From: Azolla caroliniana
Lineage: Eukaryota > Plantae > Polypodiophyta
DNA length: 64,000 nt
Reading direction: 5' to 3'
Assembly (NCBI GenBank): GCA_043228905.1
Contig: JBHGNT010000007.1
Coordinates: 10,230,001-10,294,000 of the forward strand
The notes under the pieces are model-generated. The model saw only the letters and a list, made by a program, of their open reading frames with translations, searched no databases and had not been told where the DNA came from. A program made the translations under genes and the position numbers. Below, piece by piece: positions 36,973-50,632 of this stretch (position 1 is the first letter of the stretch; each line of letters begins with the position of its first letter).

Positions 36973-39900
36973 ATGAAAGTGGTAACATGGAATGTGAGAG
37001 GGGCATGTTCTCCTCATAAGAAGTATATATTATGGCAAACTTTGTTAAGTAAAGAATGGGATATATTATGTGCAGTTGAGCAGAAGTGTCATGAGTTAGC
37101 AGGATCCACAGTTCATTTGCGTGGATATTCATCATTCTATGCAGGACATCTTAATAATCATTATTCAGGTGTGGTATTAATTGTGCGAGATAAATATTAT
37201 CCTCGGGTGGTGCATAATGATCCTTATGGTCGGTTTTTGGTTCTAGAAATCACTTTTTTTGGTGAGGTTGTGTGGGTGGTTGAGATTTATGCCCCTAACC
37301 AAGCCACTCAACATATTGCATTATGGGGCTCACTCCATCAACCCTATGTGTGGGCTACCCAGGATTACTTATGGGTGATTTTAACATGTGTGTTGATGCA
37401 TCTCAATCTACGTCTGAACATTCAATCATGGATGATCTTGAGCAACTTGCTTGGGATTCATTGGCTATGGAGGTTCTGATGTTGGATGTTTGGACATGGT
37501 TCCATGGAAATGATCCATGTTTTACTTTCCAATCCGCTCAACATAGACAAACATGGAGTCGGTTAGATAGAATGTATATGATGCATAATGATTCCTTTTT
37601 ACCGACATCACTTCGTATGGCAGTTTTACAAGATGTAGGAACTTCAGATCACTTTCCTATTTGTTTGGAGTTTTGTGGTCATGCAATTGACATGTATAAA
37701 TCCTTACTTGGAAAGCCTCCATTACACTTTAACTCTTCTCTTTTGCTTCAACCTCACTTTGATTCTCTCATGGAACAAATTTTGGTAAATTTTTCACAAG
37801 AAGTGAATCTTAAAGGAGTTAAAGCATGGGAAATCACGTTACAAAATGTTAAGATCATTCATCGTATGTATGGAGTAACCAATGCTCAACGAAGAAGAGG
37901 TATTCTTCTACAATTCTCACAAGTTCTCTCTAGGTGTAATGCGTTATTGATACGTTCACCATTAGATGAGGAACTTTTGGATATCCAAAGTCAATTGCAT
38001 GTTATTATTTCTCAGTTGCAATGCCAAAGTTATCGTTATACGAAGATGCAACAATTGAGGGATGGGCTCATAGATAATCAATGTCAATCTCATTTGTTTT
38101 TCCAAGCCTTACATCCTACTTATACTCGATCTAATGTGGTACATGTGAAGCAAGGGGATGAATGGATAGTGGATCCTACTAAAATAATTGACATATGTGT
38201 TCATTACTTTGAGGAGTTGATTGGCCCACAATTGTTAATGACAAATGAGGTGAGTAGAGCACGTCATGAGTTTTATGATGTGGTTGGATGTGTTGTGCAT
38301 GACCTCATTAGTCATGAATAGGATGCGGATTTCACCGAGGATGAGGTGGACACAGTTTTAAGGCATCTTCCTAGTGGTAAGAGCCCTGGTTGGGATGGCT
38401 TGAAAAATGAAGTTTTTAAGCCATATTCGAACATTTTAAAGGGGCCCTTAACTTTGATGTTTCAAAATTCTTGGGATTCTGGTCATATGCCTCAAGCTTG
38501 GAAGGTTGGTCTAGTTAAATTAGTTCCAAAGGTGGCATCTCCAGAGTCATTTCATCAATGGAGACCTATTTCTTTGATGGGGGGGTTGTATAAGATATTT
38601 ACAAAGGTCTTGGCAAATAAATTACAAAAGTATTTGCCAAAGTTGATACATCCCGCCCAATATGGTTTTATTGCAAGTAGGAATATATTGCATAATGTGT
38701 TGAATGTTCAAATGGCCATGGATTATGCTCGAAACACTCATCAAGAATTGATTATGGTGCAATTAGATTTGGAGAAAGCTTATGATCATGTTAATTGGTC
38801 TTTTGTTTCTGGGTTAATGCATACAATGGGCTTTGGACCTCATATGTCTTGCCTCATATTTTTATTAGGACAAGATGCGGTGTCTCAAGTCATGCTTAAT
38901 GGGGGCGTTACATCAGATATTGCCCTTACAAGATCCATTCGTCAAGGATGCCCTATTAGCCCGTTGTTGTTTGCTATTGTTAGTCATCCATTGTTAGTGA
39001 TGCTATCAAGGCTTGCAACCTTCCGTCTGGAGGGCAACTAGTTGCACAAGCTTTGGTAGATGATTCTTTCATATTTCTATAAGCCACACGAGAGAATCTT
39101 GAGAAGGGGATGCTTGTATGGAACCAATTTGCGTTGGCTTCCGGATTACATATTAATTGGAGGAAGTCTAGTCTCATATCATGTACTGAAAGGGATTTGG
39201 AATGTTTAGGATGGCAAAGATCCATGGTGAAGAAAGGCTCTATTTTTCGACACTTGGGTTATCCATTAGGAATGAATGTTACAAATGATCAATTGATTGA
39301 ATGGATGTCTAGTAAGTTGAGGGATAAGTTCATGTATTGGAAATCACAATCTTGGCCATTTCATGTACGTTTGAAGGTTGTACAATGTATTATGGAACCT
39401 ATGATATTATATTACTTGCCATTGCTACCATGGACAAAGAAGGCTTTGCATTCTATTTTGCAACCTCTTCAATATTTGTTGTGGAAGAAGAGGGATAAGA
39501 TGGGAATCACTTGGGTTGCATGGAACATCTAGAAACTCCTAAGCGCTTGGGGGGAGCTGGAATATTGAACTTATCTAAGCCATGTGTTCAAACTCACAAC
39601 CATGGATATCTATTGTTCAATATTTCATTGAGAACAAGGGTTTAACACATGGGAGGACAACAATTAAGGCTTCATGGTGGCAATTACTAAATGGATGTAT
39701 TTCACGTAGGATTCCAGGCTCTACATGTGTTCAACACTTGGTTACCTCATGGCAAGAAGCACTCTTGTTATGTGTATGGAAACCATCATCTAGTAGAGAG
39801 CATTGTAATTCTTTGCAAAAAGAGTTACTTGTGTCTTCTCAGTTATTATGTTGGCTAGGAAAGGAGAGATTGCGCTCTCAATTTAATCGTTTGTTTCGTT

Positions 39901-40390
39901 TGGGGGTCAAAGAGGTGGGAGATATAGTTGAGGCTCCATCTCAAAGAATTTTGGAGTTTGTTGAAGTGCGACAATTATGGGTTTATTTGGCAACAACTAC
40001 AAAATATTCCATTGATGCAAGGACCCTTACCTCTACAAGCAGGAGAACAACCGTGGATTGATTGGTGTTTAAAGGGACAAACATCGTTGTTACAAGTGAC
40101 TACTGATCTTTTGTATCATTGCTCTGTTGAGTCTCTTGGATGGTTATCATCTAAGGCTGAAGAAGAATGGAGATTACACAAATCTGATCATGGGTGGTGG
40201 CAAATCTTACAACGTAGTTGGCATTCTAAATTGCCACTTGTAGCAAAGGTCTTCATTTGGAGAGTTTTGATTGGAGGATTGCCTTTGGGATTAGCTCTAA
40301 AGTGTCGTGGACTAGCAATGGGTAATTGTTTTTTTTTTGCACAGTTCAAATGGAAGATAGTACTCATCTATTTATACAATGTTCGATTGT
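36973..40390 (+). pseudogene. LINE ORF2 (APE endonuclease, RT, zf-RVT) with frameshifts and stops
   Basis: MKVVTWNVRG, GDFN, SRLDR, SDH, KSPGWDG, WRPISL, LDLEKAYD, RQGCPISP. Confidence 0.92.
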
Positions 40391-41865
40391 TGTCTGCCGG
40401 AATAGTAACCGATGGACAAGAGCGCAGAAATATAGAATATAGTAATATTGTAACGCATGTCAACGGTTCACGCGGGAAGCGTGAATGGCTAAAAGACCTG
40501 CGTATATAAAGGGCAAAAAACCTCTGATAGAGGTAGCGTGTAATTTTGAAAGTAAAAGGCATATCTTAATAGAGTTCTATCTTCTCTGATCTCTGTGCGT
40601 ATCTGTGGTTAATGTACTGTGTGTTTGTGATTCTTGGTGGTGTAACGCAATCGTAAGAGCGTAGGCGTGAGTAACAGTGGGGTTGCTAGTCCACTGTCTC
40701 AGGAGTTTGGTTGTAGCTGTCTCCCTTATACGCTACTAGGATACGGGAGGTATCCCACTAAGTAATACGCTACGACGCTACCATTTGTTGCAACACAGTC
40801 ACTTTGAGGTCTAGGTCGAAGGACTGACCGTAGACCGTGTTCCTAATCAGTAACACTTTTGGCACGCTTGGTGATCTGTGTTTTCTCACAGACGAACAAC
40901 GGCGAATGGATGTTTAGCCGCAGACGACCCAGAGAACCAACACGACACGACCGACCAATCACACGGTCCATCACACGCCAGGCAGAGGAGCGCGCACGAC
41001 AGAAACCAAAGACCTCAGTGATACCCGTCGGGGCCACAAAGACGGTTTCTTGCTCCCCAAATACCTCGACGAGACGCAGGAAGCACGCTCACCACAAAAA
41101 CACTGTGGTCTTTCCCTGCCCGCCATAACATCCAGCATGGCCTTTTCTTATCCCCACTTCAACAGCAAAACCGACGCCGCAACCCACATTAGACTGTTCC
41201 TAAATGTCTGGAATGCAAAGCACATGGCGCAGAGCCTTTCCGAAGTAGTAGCGCACCAATCCAAAATGACGGAGTTCGGATTAACCTTGGATGGGAGAGC
41301 AATCACGACCTTCGACCAGCTGCAATCAACCTTTTTGCGTTTTTTTCATCGGAGGGTGCCGCAACGCGAAATCCTCGGGTAGTTTTACACAATTAAACAG
41401 TTGCTGACCGAGACGGTAACAAATTTCAGTTTACGCTTCCAAAATCTACGACGGAAATTAGAATGGGGCCCGATGGAGGACGAGGCTCGGGAGACATTTC
41501 TGGTAGCATTACGACGACCCATACGGACAATGCTCAACAACAATAGCGTGAAAGGGGAAACGACCGATATGGTCATAGAACGAGCGTTACAGCTCGAGTT
41601 GGACGAAGAAGAGGAAAGGTTTTCCATGTCCTCATTACGACAAGCGTTACCTCAGGACGAGGAACGACATTTTCGCCAGGCGATCCAGTGCACTATTTGC
41701 TTAAATTCGGGGCATTCCGCAGTTGAATGCAACATGCGAATCCACTGTCCAATCTGTCACTCGAAAGCTCACATAGTTGAGTAGTGCGAGTACAATATGT
41801 TGAACAGATCCACACCCACAGTATGCAGGAATCTCAGCTTTGGGCCGTGTTCCTAATCGGTAACA
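40391..41865 (+). mobile_element. Ty3/gypsy fragment: 5' LTR (40391-40855), PBS, degenerate gag with two zinc knuckles, 21-bp LTR-end remnant
   Basis: TG at 40391, TATATAAA at ~40503, ends GTAACA at 40855. PBS-like TGGCACGC at 40860. Gag ITTFDQLQSTFLRFF and CTICLNSGHSAVEC. CCGTGTTCCTAATC(A/G)GTAACA repeated at 41845-41865. Confidence 0.75.
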
Positions 41866-44800
41866 TACAAATTGATGGCGTTTGAGTTCGAGTAATAGTG
41901 TTGAAACATGTTTTTGATATAACTTTGTACTCAGAACTCTGTTTTTTATGATTTTTGGTTCGTTGCAAATCTCGTTTTGAGAACTTTCTAAGGATTATTT
42001 GGAAGTTAAGTTTCATCGTCGTTACAAGAAGCCACAATGAAAATTGTCATCGTCTCAGGTTAGTTCTCTCAATCTCTATTAGGATGGCTGACACAACAAC
42101 AAGAAGTGAGTTGATGATTGTTGATGGATGTGGTAGTAATGATGGTTGTGAAAATTATAAGAGGCAAAAATGTATTGATGCTACAGAGTATGAGAAAACA
42201 TCATATGCTGCTATTCTTGGTGGGAAAGATGTTATTGGAGATGATTATGATATTGATAGTTGTGATTTTGTTAAGGCTTTGCTTTTTGATTTTATGGAAA
42301 AAAATTAGAAAGATGCTAAATATTGTGTGGAGGAGGATTTTGTAGAGGTGGTGATGGAGACCAAATCTATGTTAGGAACTTTGACAGGTTCTATGATCGT
42401 GGTGTTATTTTGTATTTCACTAGCAAACTTCCTTTGGTATCATGGATTAAGCAGTGGTTGAATTCATTCATAATGCCTAATTGTGTTGAGGATGTGTATG
42501 TGGGTCCAAGAGGTTTCTATGATATGGTTTTTTGATTGTCAGAACACCGTACGACTTTGATGGCAAAGGTACCAATCTTTTTTGATAGAAGATTAGTGCA
42601 TGTGATGGAATGGGTTCCGATGGTGGATTATAAAGGTTTGTTAAAACAACAATGTCCAATTTGGGTGACTGTTGATTGTAGTAACTCATTCTTTTGGGAT
42701 TTACTACCAGGATTGATGTCTCAAATTGGTAAAGTTTTGGTTGCGCATGTTAATTCGTTGAACAAATGTAGATTTTGCATGTTAGGGATACAAGTTGTAA
42801 ACTTCCAAGATGGTTGAGTATAGATACATCTCGATTTGGCCGATTTCGTTTTAAGCTTCAATGGGAGACTTTGCAGGACATTGTATTTTAAATGTGGTAA
42901 ATTGGGGCATTTTATAGCTGAATGCCAATATCATGGTGAACTATCCCTGGAAAATTATGTCAAAAGGAAAAATAAGGAAGATGTTGAGAAGGATATTGTC
43001 TCAATGGTTGATATAGTCATGGATGAGGAAACATCTCATGGGTTAGAGCGAGATCCTAAAGTTCATGGCCATGTCAAAGGTGTTGGGGAGGAGAATGGAG
43101 CACGTATTAATGATGACCCCAATGTTGAAGATGGAGAGTGGCATCAAGTGAAGCATAAGATAAAAGGGAAGGGTGTTGCCGTACAAAGGGACACAAAAAA
43201 TACTAACGGTAAGGCATTACCAAAAGATAATTTGTGATTGAATGAGGGCGTTAAGAAAAATCCTTGGTAGAAACAAGTGTGAAATTAGAGAGTGTCCAAC
43301 CAATTACAATTTGATTCTTCAGGAAGGGTGGTGCCACCTCAATTAAATCAAGGACTTCGTTCTAGTGGATCTAGACAACAAAACCTTATTATTGGTGGAG
43401 GGGATGTAGTACAAACAAATCCTTATGCAACTCTTGAACAAGTAGTTAGTACATTCATGAATACACTTGTTAATAAGGAGCAAGTTCTTACAAAAGGTGT
43501 TAAATCAAAGCGGTATCATGGAATATGTGAGGGGCATCTTCTCCTCATAAGAAATATATATTATGGAAAACTTTATTTGATAAAGAATGGGATGTTTTAT
43601 GTGTAGTTGAACATAAGTGTCATGATTTAGTAGGATTTGTGTTACATTTGTGTGGATATTCCACATATTATGCAGGACAGTTATCTCATCATTATTCAGG
43701 GGTAGCCATGATTATTCACGATTTGTTTTGTCCACATATAGTCTATAATGATCCATATGGACGTTTTTGGTGATGGAAGACAAGTATTTTGAGGATTTGA
43801 TATGGTTGGTAGGAATCTATGCAGTAATGCTAATCAACGCATTGAGTTATGGTCTTCAATGTATCCACGGTTATTAGTGGGTTGTGCTGGTTTGTTAATA
43901 GGTGATTTTAATATGTGTGTTGATGCTTCGCAATCTACTTCACGATTCTCATTGATGGATTCTCTTGAGCAAGCAATTTGGGACAAATTGGCATCAAAGG
44001 TTTTGAAGTTGGATGTATGGAAATGGTTGCATCAAGATGAGGTTGGGTTTACATTTCAGTCTATGCAATATAAGGAAACATGGAGTCAGTTAGATAGAAT
44101 GTATGTTATGCATGCTGACTCCTTTTTGCCATAGATGCTTAATATGTCAATTATGCAAGAGGTTGTGACATCGGATCATTTTCCCATATGTTTTTGAATT
44201 TAATAAGCATGGGGTAGATATGTACAAAATATTGCTTGATTGAGTTCCTTTGAGGTTTAATTCCTTATTTGATGCCTATATGCAACAAAATTTTGGCATG
44301 TTTTCAAAACAAGTTATTTCAAAAAGGATGATATGCATGGGATACAACACTACAAAACATTAGTGATATTCATCGTATGTATGGTATGTATGACTAATGC
44401 TAAAAGACGTAAGAAATTGATTGATAAGTTTTCACATATTCTTATGCGATGCAATGTACTATTGATGAATAATCCGCATGATGAAGAGCTTTTGGATCTT
44501 CAAGTTCAAGTACAAGACATTGTGAAGAATTTGCCTTGTCAAAATTATCAACAGACAAGCCTATGTCAGTTAAAGGAGGGATTTATAGATAACCAATCAC
44601 AATCTCATATGTTTTTTCAAGGATTAAGACCATCATATGCTCATTCGAATGTGGTACAAATTAAGATCAGGGATGACATTGTTGTAGACCCAATCAAGGT
44701 TATGTATTACTTATTTTAAGAATTTGATTGGGCTAGTGTTAATTATTAATGAGGATGTGTTGAAAGCATGGCAAGAGTTTATAATGTAATTGGGTGTGTC

Positions 44801-45853
44801 GTGAATACAAATATCTGTCAAGAATTGGATGCTGATTTTGAAGAAGCTGAGGTGGAAAAGGTATTGTTACACCTTCCAAATGGTAAAAACCCTAGTTGGG
44901 ATGGTATTACAAATGAAGTTTTTAAGAAGTATGATGGCATGCTTAAGAGTCCATTCACACAAATGTTTCAACAATGTTGGGATTCTGGTTTCATGCCTGA
45001 GAGTTGGAAGGCGTGCTTAATCAAATTGACTCCAAAAGTACCATCTCCGGAGTCATTTCATCAATGGAGGCCTATTTCATTGATGGGAGGGTTGCACATA
45101 GTGTTTGCAAAGATATTGTCCAACAGACTTAAGAAATTCTTACCTCGACTTATTCATCCATCTCAATATGGTTTTATTGTAGGTAGAAATATATTGCATA
45201 ATGTTTTGAATGTTCAAATGGCTATTGATTATTCTCGACATACACATCAAGAAATGGTTATGGTGCAATTAGATTTGGAAAAAACGTATGATCATGTTAA
45301 TTGGTCTTTCTTCTCAAGTGTGATGTATCATATGGGGTTTGGTCCTCGTATGTGGTGACTTATCTTTTTGCTAGGGCAAAATGCAACCTTGCGTGTGATG
45401 CTTAATGGCGGAGTTACTCCGAAAGTGTTTCTTAATGGCTGTTGATTATTCTCGACATACACATCAAGAAATGGTTATGGTGCAATTAGATTTGGAAAAA
45501 ACGTATGATCATGTTAATTGGTATTTCCTCTCAGGTGTGATGTATCATATGGGGTTTGGTCCTCGTATGTGGCGACTTATCTTTTTGCTAGGGAAAAATG
45601 CAACCTTGTGTGTGATGCTTAATGGCGGAGTTACTTTGAAAGTGTTTCTTACTATATCTGTGCAGCAAGGATATCCACTAAACCCATTGTTATTTGTTAT
45701 TGTTACACATCCTTTGTTAGCAATGTTGTCAAATCTTGCGGCCAGTGGTGATATTGTGGGTTTGCATCTTCCTTCTGGTGGACAATTGATGGCACAAGCA
45801 TTGACTGATGATCCTTTTATGTTTTTACAAGCCTTAAAAGAAAATCTTGAAAG

Positions 45854-46173
45854 TGTTGGGAAAATCGGTCTCTCCGGATGGGATCCGGTGATGAATAAAG
45901 AGGACCCGGTGAGAACCGAAAGAGATCCGGAAACCGGAGGAGATCCTGTGAGAACTGAAAGAGAGCTGGTGAGAACCGGAAGAGATCCGGAAACCGGATC
46001 GGTGGACCCGGTGAGAACCGGAAGAGAAGACAGATTTGTGAATATGTCTTGAATAAGCCCATTGAGGCTATATTTGTAAATCGCCCTAAGTTCATATAAC
46101 TATAAATATGACTTAGGGCAATCACTTTATGGTAGAGCATGATTGTGTTGTTGTCATATCGCTGTAACTGTTG

Positions 46174-46223
<50 letters not shown>

Positions 46224-46470
46224 TACTCTGTCGTAGCTGCCATTGTGCGAAGAAATAGAGCTCGAGGTCGTTGCCTCCAAGTATATGATTGTATCCCTTT
46301 CTCTTCATAGTGATAGTTCGGAGTCTGTGGGCTCCCGCGGTTTTTCCACGTAAACATCATGTGTCATTTTTTCCTTGTGTACTCTCCACTCCCCATTTCT
46401 GTGTTTGATTCTTATAGAAGTGTTTTACTACTCGGTTGTGGCCGGGCAATATTCCGCGCATTTCTCTTCA
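45854..46470 (+). repeat. 5' LTR (with extra short subrepeats and an internal (GA)n)
   Basis: Matches 50067-50632. Confidence 0.92.
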
Positions 46471-49400
46471 AACTGGTATCAGAGCGAACAACACAGGAAA
46501 TGGAAGAATCTTATGACGGCATGTTCAAGCTCACCGGCTCCAACTACTCAGTGTGGAAGTCAAAGATGAGGGACATGCTGGTGGTTAAAGATCTTTGGTT
46601 GCCGGTTCAGCTCGGGGACAAGAGACCGGATAAGATCGACGCCACAGTGTGGGAGGTGATGCACATGAAGACGATGGCATACATCTGGTGCTTCATCGAC
46701 ATGAGCATGTACAACAACTTCAATGAAGAGAGCAAGGCTCATGAACTCTGGGAGAAGATCGGCATCATGTTCCAGAATAAGAATGCCTTTAATCGGGTTT
46801 CGGTATTTCGGAAGCTAGTGAGGCTCGGTACCAAGAGGGCTCAAGTATGGCGGAGCACATGAATGCCTTCCAGGGGCTGATACACCAAGCAACCTTGTTG
46901 GAAGTATCTCTCGCCGATGAGGTAGTTGCTCTACTCCTGCTCGGTTCCCTCCTAGATAGTGGGGAGACGTTAGTTGTCCTGTTGGGCAACGCTGGGCCGA
47001 AAGGAAAACCACTATCCCTAGCAAGAGTCAAGTCGAGTTTGCTAGATGAGGAGGTGCGTCGGAAAGACAAGGAGGTGATCTCCGACGCCAAAGCCCTCCT
47101 TACCGAATCGGAATGCGGAATACAAAGGAATCAGAATCCCCAGAACCGGGAAAAGTCGGGGACACGGTCAAAGTCAAGGGGAAAAGTCGGGGACACGGTC
47201 AAGGGAGCCTAATAGTGGCTCGAGCCCGGAAGGTCAACACACTGTACTTGATGCATGCCCGTATATGCCGGGAAGAAGTGAACGTAGCATCCGACACTGC
47301 CGGTGAGTTGTGGCACAAAAGACTGTGTCACATGAGTGAGAAGGGGATGAAGAGGCTTGCCGAAGATAACCTCATTCTGGTGAAGGACGTGCAACTTGAG
47401 AAGTGCACCGACTGCCTGGCCGGCAAGCAAAACCGAACCTCCTTCCGGTCAAGACCACCGCTGAGACGGAATGTACCACTGGAGTTGGTGCATACCGATG
47501 TGTGTCAAGTAGACACGAAGTCACATGTTGGATCGCAGTACTTCGTGACGTTCATAGATGACCACAACCGGAAGCTGTGGGTCTCACCGTTGAAGATGAA
47601 GGATCAGGTGCTAACCATCTTCAAGGAACTCCACGCGAGAGTGGAAAGAGAAACCGGTCGGAAGCTGAAGGCGGTTTGAGCGGAAAACGGAGGAGAATAT
47701 TGGGGGCAGTTCGAGGAGTACTGCCGGTCGATGGGAATCCGGCTCGAGTTCACCGTGCTGAAGACGCCGGAACTAAATGGGCTGGCCAGAGGGATGAACT
47801 AGACCATAATGGAGAGAGTCCGGAGCATGCTCGCACATGCCAAGTTAGCCAAGATGTTTTGGGCTAAGGCGCTGACGACGACGACCTATGTCATAAACAG
47901 ATCACCCTCAGTACCCTTGGATGGAGACTCACCACAGAAAGTATGGACCGGTAAGGATGTGTCTTACCGGCATCTGAAGGTGTTCAGGTGTCTCACATAC
48001 GTGCATGTGGCAAAGGACAAGAGAGCAAAGTTGGATCTGAAGTCCTGGCCATGCATATTCCTTGGATGCGGCGATGATGAGTTCAGTTACCTGGTGTGGG
48101 ATCTGGTTGACAGAAAGGTGTTCCGGAGTCAAGACATAGTCTCCATGGAAGACAGGACCATTGCCGACTAGGAGTCGGAGAAGAAGGTAACGAACTCTGG
48201 ATCATCCATTGAAATCCGGCTTGAGGAAAAAAGGATATACTCGGTTGAAAACCGGATGTTAGCCGGTAACCGGATGACACTTGACGAACCGGCTGGATAC
48301 GGATAGGAAACCGAACCAACCGAAGAAGAAGAAGAAGAAGACGAAGAAGAAGAAGAAGAAGAAGACACCGGAATCGAACAAGATCCCGAATCGGATTCAG
48401 ATTCGGAACAAATGGAGGAACCGGCAATCAGAAATCTCTCCGGGAGAGAAGAGCCCCCCGAAGATTTCCGGATGTAGAGCATGTGTTGCTAACCAATGAG
48501 GGGGAGCCAGAAAGCTTTGAAGAAGCAAGGGGAGATGCCCACAGCCGCAAGTGGTTGAGTGCCATGTAGGATGAGATGGATTCCCTGCATGAGAACCACA
48601 CATACGAATTGGTGGAGTTGCTGAAACGAAAGAGGGCACTCCGGAACAAGTGGGAGACATCGGAAATCCACCAAGGTATAAGGTCCGAATTGTGGTGAAG
48701 GGCTTCCTGCAAAAGAAAGGAGTGGATTTCAATGAGATCTTTGCCCCGGTAGTAAAGATGACATCCATCCGGACGGTCTTGGGCATAGCGGCAAGCATGG
48801 ACCTCGAGGTAGAGCAACTAAATGTCAAGACGACATTCCTACTTGGATACCTCGAAGAAGAGATCTACATGCATCAACCGGAAGGATTTGAGAAGAAAGG
48901 GGAGGAGCACCTGGTGTGCCGGTTGAAGAAGAGCTTATACGGACTGAAGCAAGCTCCCCGGCAATGGTACCGGAAGTTTGACTCCTTCATGACCGATCAA
49001 GGGTACCACAAGACGTAGGCCGATCACTGCGTGTTTGTGAAGAAATTTGATGGACGAGATTTCCTAATGTTGCTCCTGTACGTGGACGACATGTTGATCA
49101 TCGAACGAGACCAAGTCAAGATACGGATGCTGAAGAAGGCCCTTAACCGGACCTTCTCAATGAAAGACTTGAGTCCGGCAAGATAGATACTGGGGATGCA
49201 CATCATCTGGGATTGGTCGAAGAAGCAATTGTGGCTGTCACAGGAAAAGTAAGTGACAAAGGTGCTTCAGCGGTTTAACATGTCAGAAGCAAAACCGGTC
49301 GGATCGATACTCCCGGCAAACTGCAGATTATCAGGTAAGCAAAGCCCGAAGACAAAGGCAGAGAAGGCAGATATGATGAAGATTCCATATGCCTCTGCGG

Positions 49401-50066
49401 TCGGGAGTTTGATGTACGCAATGGTGTGTACTCTACTGGATATTGGATAGGCAGTCGGAGTGGTGAGTCAGTTCATGAACAACCCCGGAAAAGAGCACTA
49501 GAATGCGGTAAAATGGATACTCTGGTACTTGAAGGGCACTTTGAGTATGTGCCTCCAATTCGGCTTTGGTAAACCCCTCATGGAAGGATTTACCGATTCG
49601 GATATGTCGGCTGATGTGAACAGTAGCTAGTCAACTTCTGGATATGTCATGACCTATACAGGGGGAGCCGTTTTGTGGCAGTCGAGACTGCAAAAGACGG
49701 TTGTGTTGTCAACCATAGAGGCGAAGTACATGGCAGTTGTGGAAGCCGGCAAGGGAATATTATGGATGAAGGACTTCATCGGAGAGCTAGGGATCCGGCA
49801 AGAAGAATACCGACCCTAATGCGACAGTCAAAGTGCCATCCACCTTGCAAAGAACGCGACATACCATTCCAGAACGAAGCACATCCAATGCAGGTACCAC
49901 TGGATCTGGTACCGAGTTGAAGATTGAGAGTTCGTGCTGACGAAGATCCACACAAAGGAGAACGGGTCGGATATGCTGACCAAGGTACTGACACCCGACA
50001 AGCTAGACACATGCCGGAAGCGGATCAGACTTACAAGTCATCCCATACCGGAGTGAAGGGGGAGAT

Positions 50067-50322
50067 TGTTGGGAAAATTGGTCTCTCCGGATGGGACCCG
50101 ATGATGAATAAAGAGGACCTGGTGAGAACCAAAAGAGATCCGGAAACCAGAGGAGACCCGGTGAGAACCGGAAGACAAGAAAAATTTGTCAATATGTCTT
50201 GAATAAGCCCATTGAGGCTATATTTGTAAATAGCCCTCGTTCATATAACTATAAATATGACTTAGGGCAATCACTTTATGCCAGAGCGTGATTGTGTTGT
50301 TGTCATATTGCTGTAACTGTTG

Positions 50323-50362
<40 letters not shown>

Positions 50363-50632
50363 CAGAGTGATACTCTGTCGTAGCCGCCACTGTGCGAAGA
50401 AATGGAGCTCGAGGTTGTTGCCTCCGAGTCTCTGATTGTACCCCTTTCTCTTCATAGTGATAGTTCGGAGTCTGTGGGCTCCCATGGTTTTTCCCTATTA
50501 GGGTTTTCCATATAAACATCCTGTGTCATTTTTTCCTTGTGTACTCTTCACTTCCCATTTCTGTGTTTGATTCTTATAGAAGTGTTTTACTACTTGGTTG
50601 TGGCCGAGCGATATTCCGCGCATTTCTCTTCA
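50067..50632 (+). repeat. 3' LTR (internal (GA)n)
   Basis: Matches 45854-46470. Confidence 0.92.

Larger units (their letters stand above)
35130..40390 (+). mobile_element. L1-type LINE copy B, near full length (5' UTR, ORF1, ORF2), 3' end lost at the gypsy LTR
   Basis: ORF1 followed 13 nt later by ORF2 with APE, RT and zf-RVT motifs. Confidence 0.92.
45854..50632 (+). mobile_element. Ty1/copia element with paired LTRs and GAAAG TSD; gag-pol degenerate, protease region deleted
   Basis: LTRs 45854-46470 and 50067-50632 (TG..CA). PBS TGGTATCAGAGC 46474-46485, PPT 50055-50066, TSD 45849-45853 and 50633-50637. Gag MEESYDGMFKLTGSNYSVWK, integrase [25 protein letters not shown]. Confidence 0.96.

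Noticed and set aside
48322-48366. (GAA)n tract in the copia
   Set aside because: Encodes the acidic IN-RT linker; ordinary feature.
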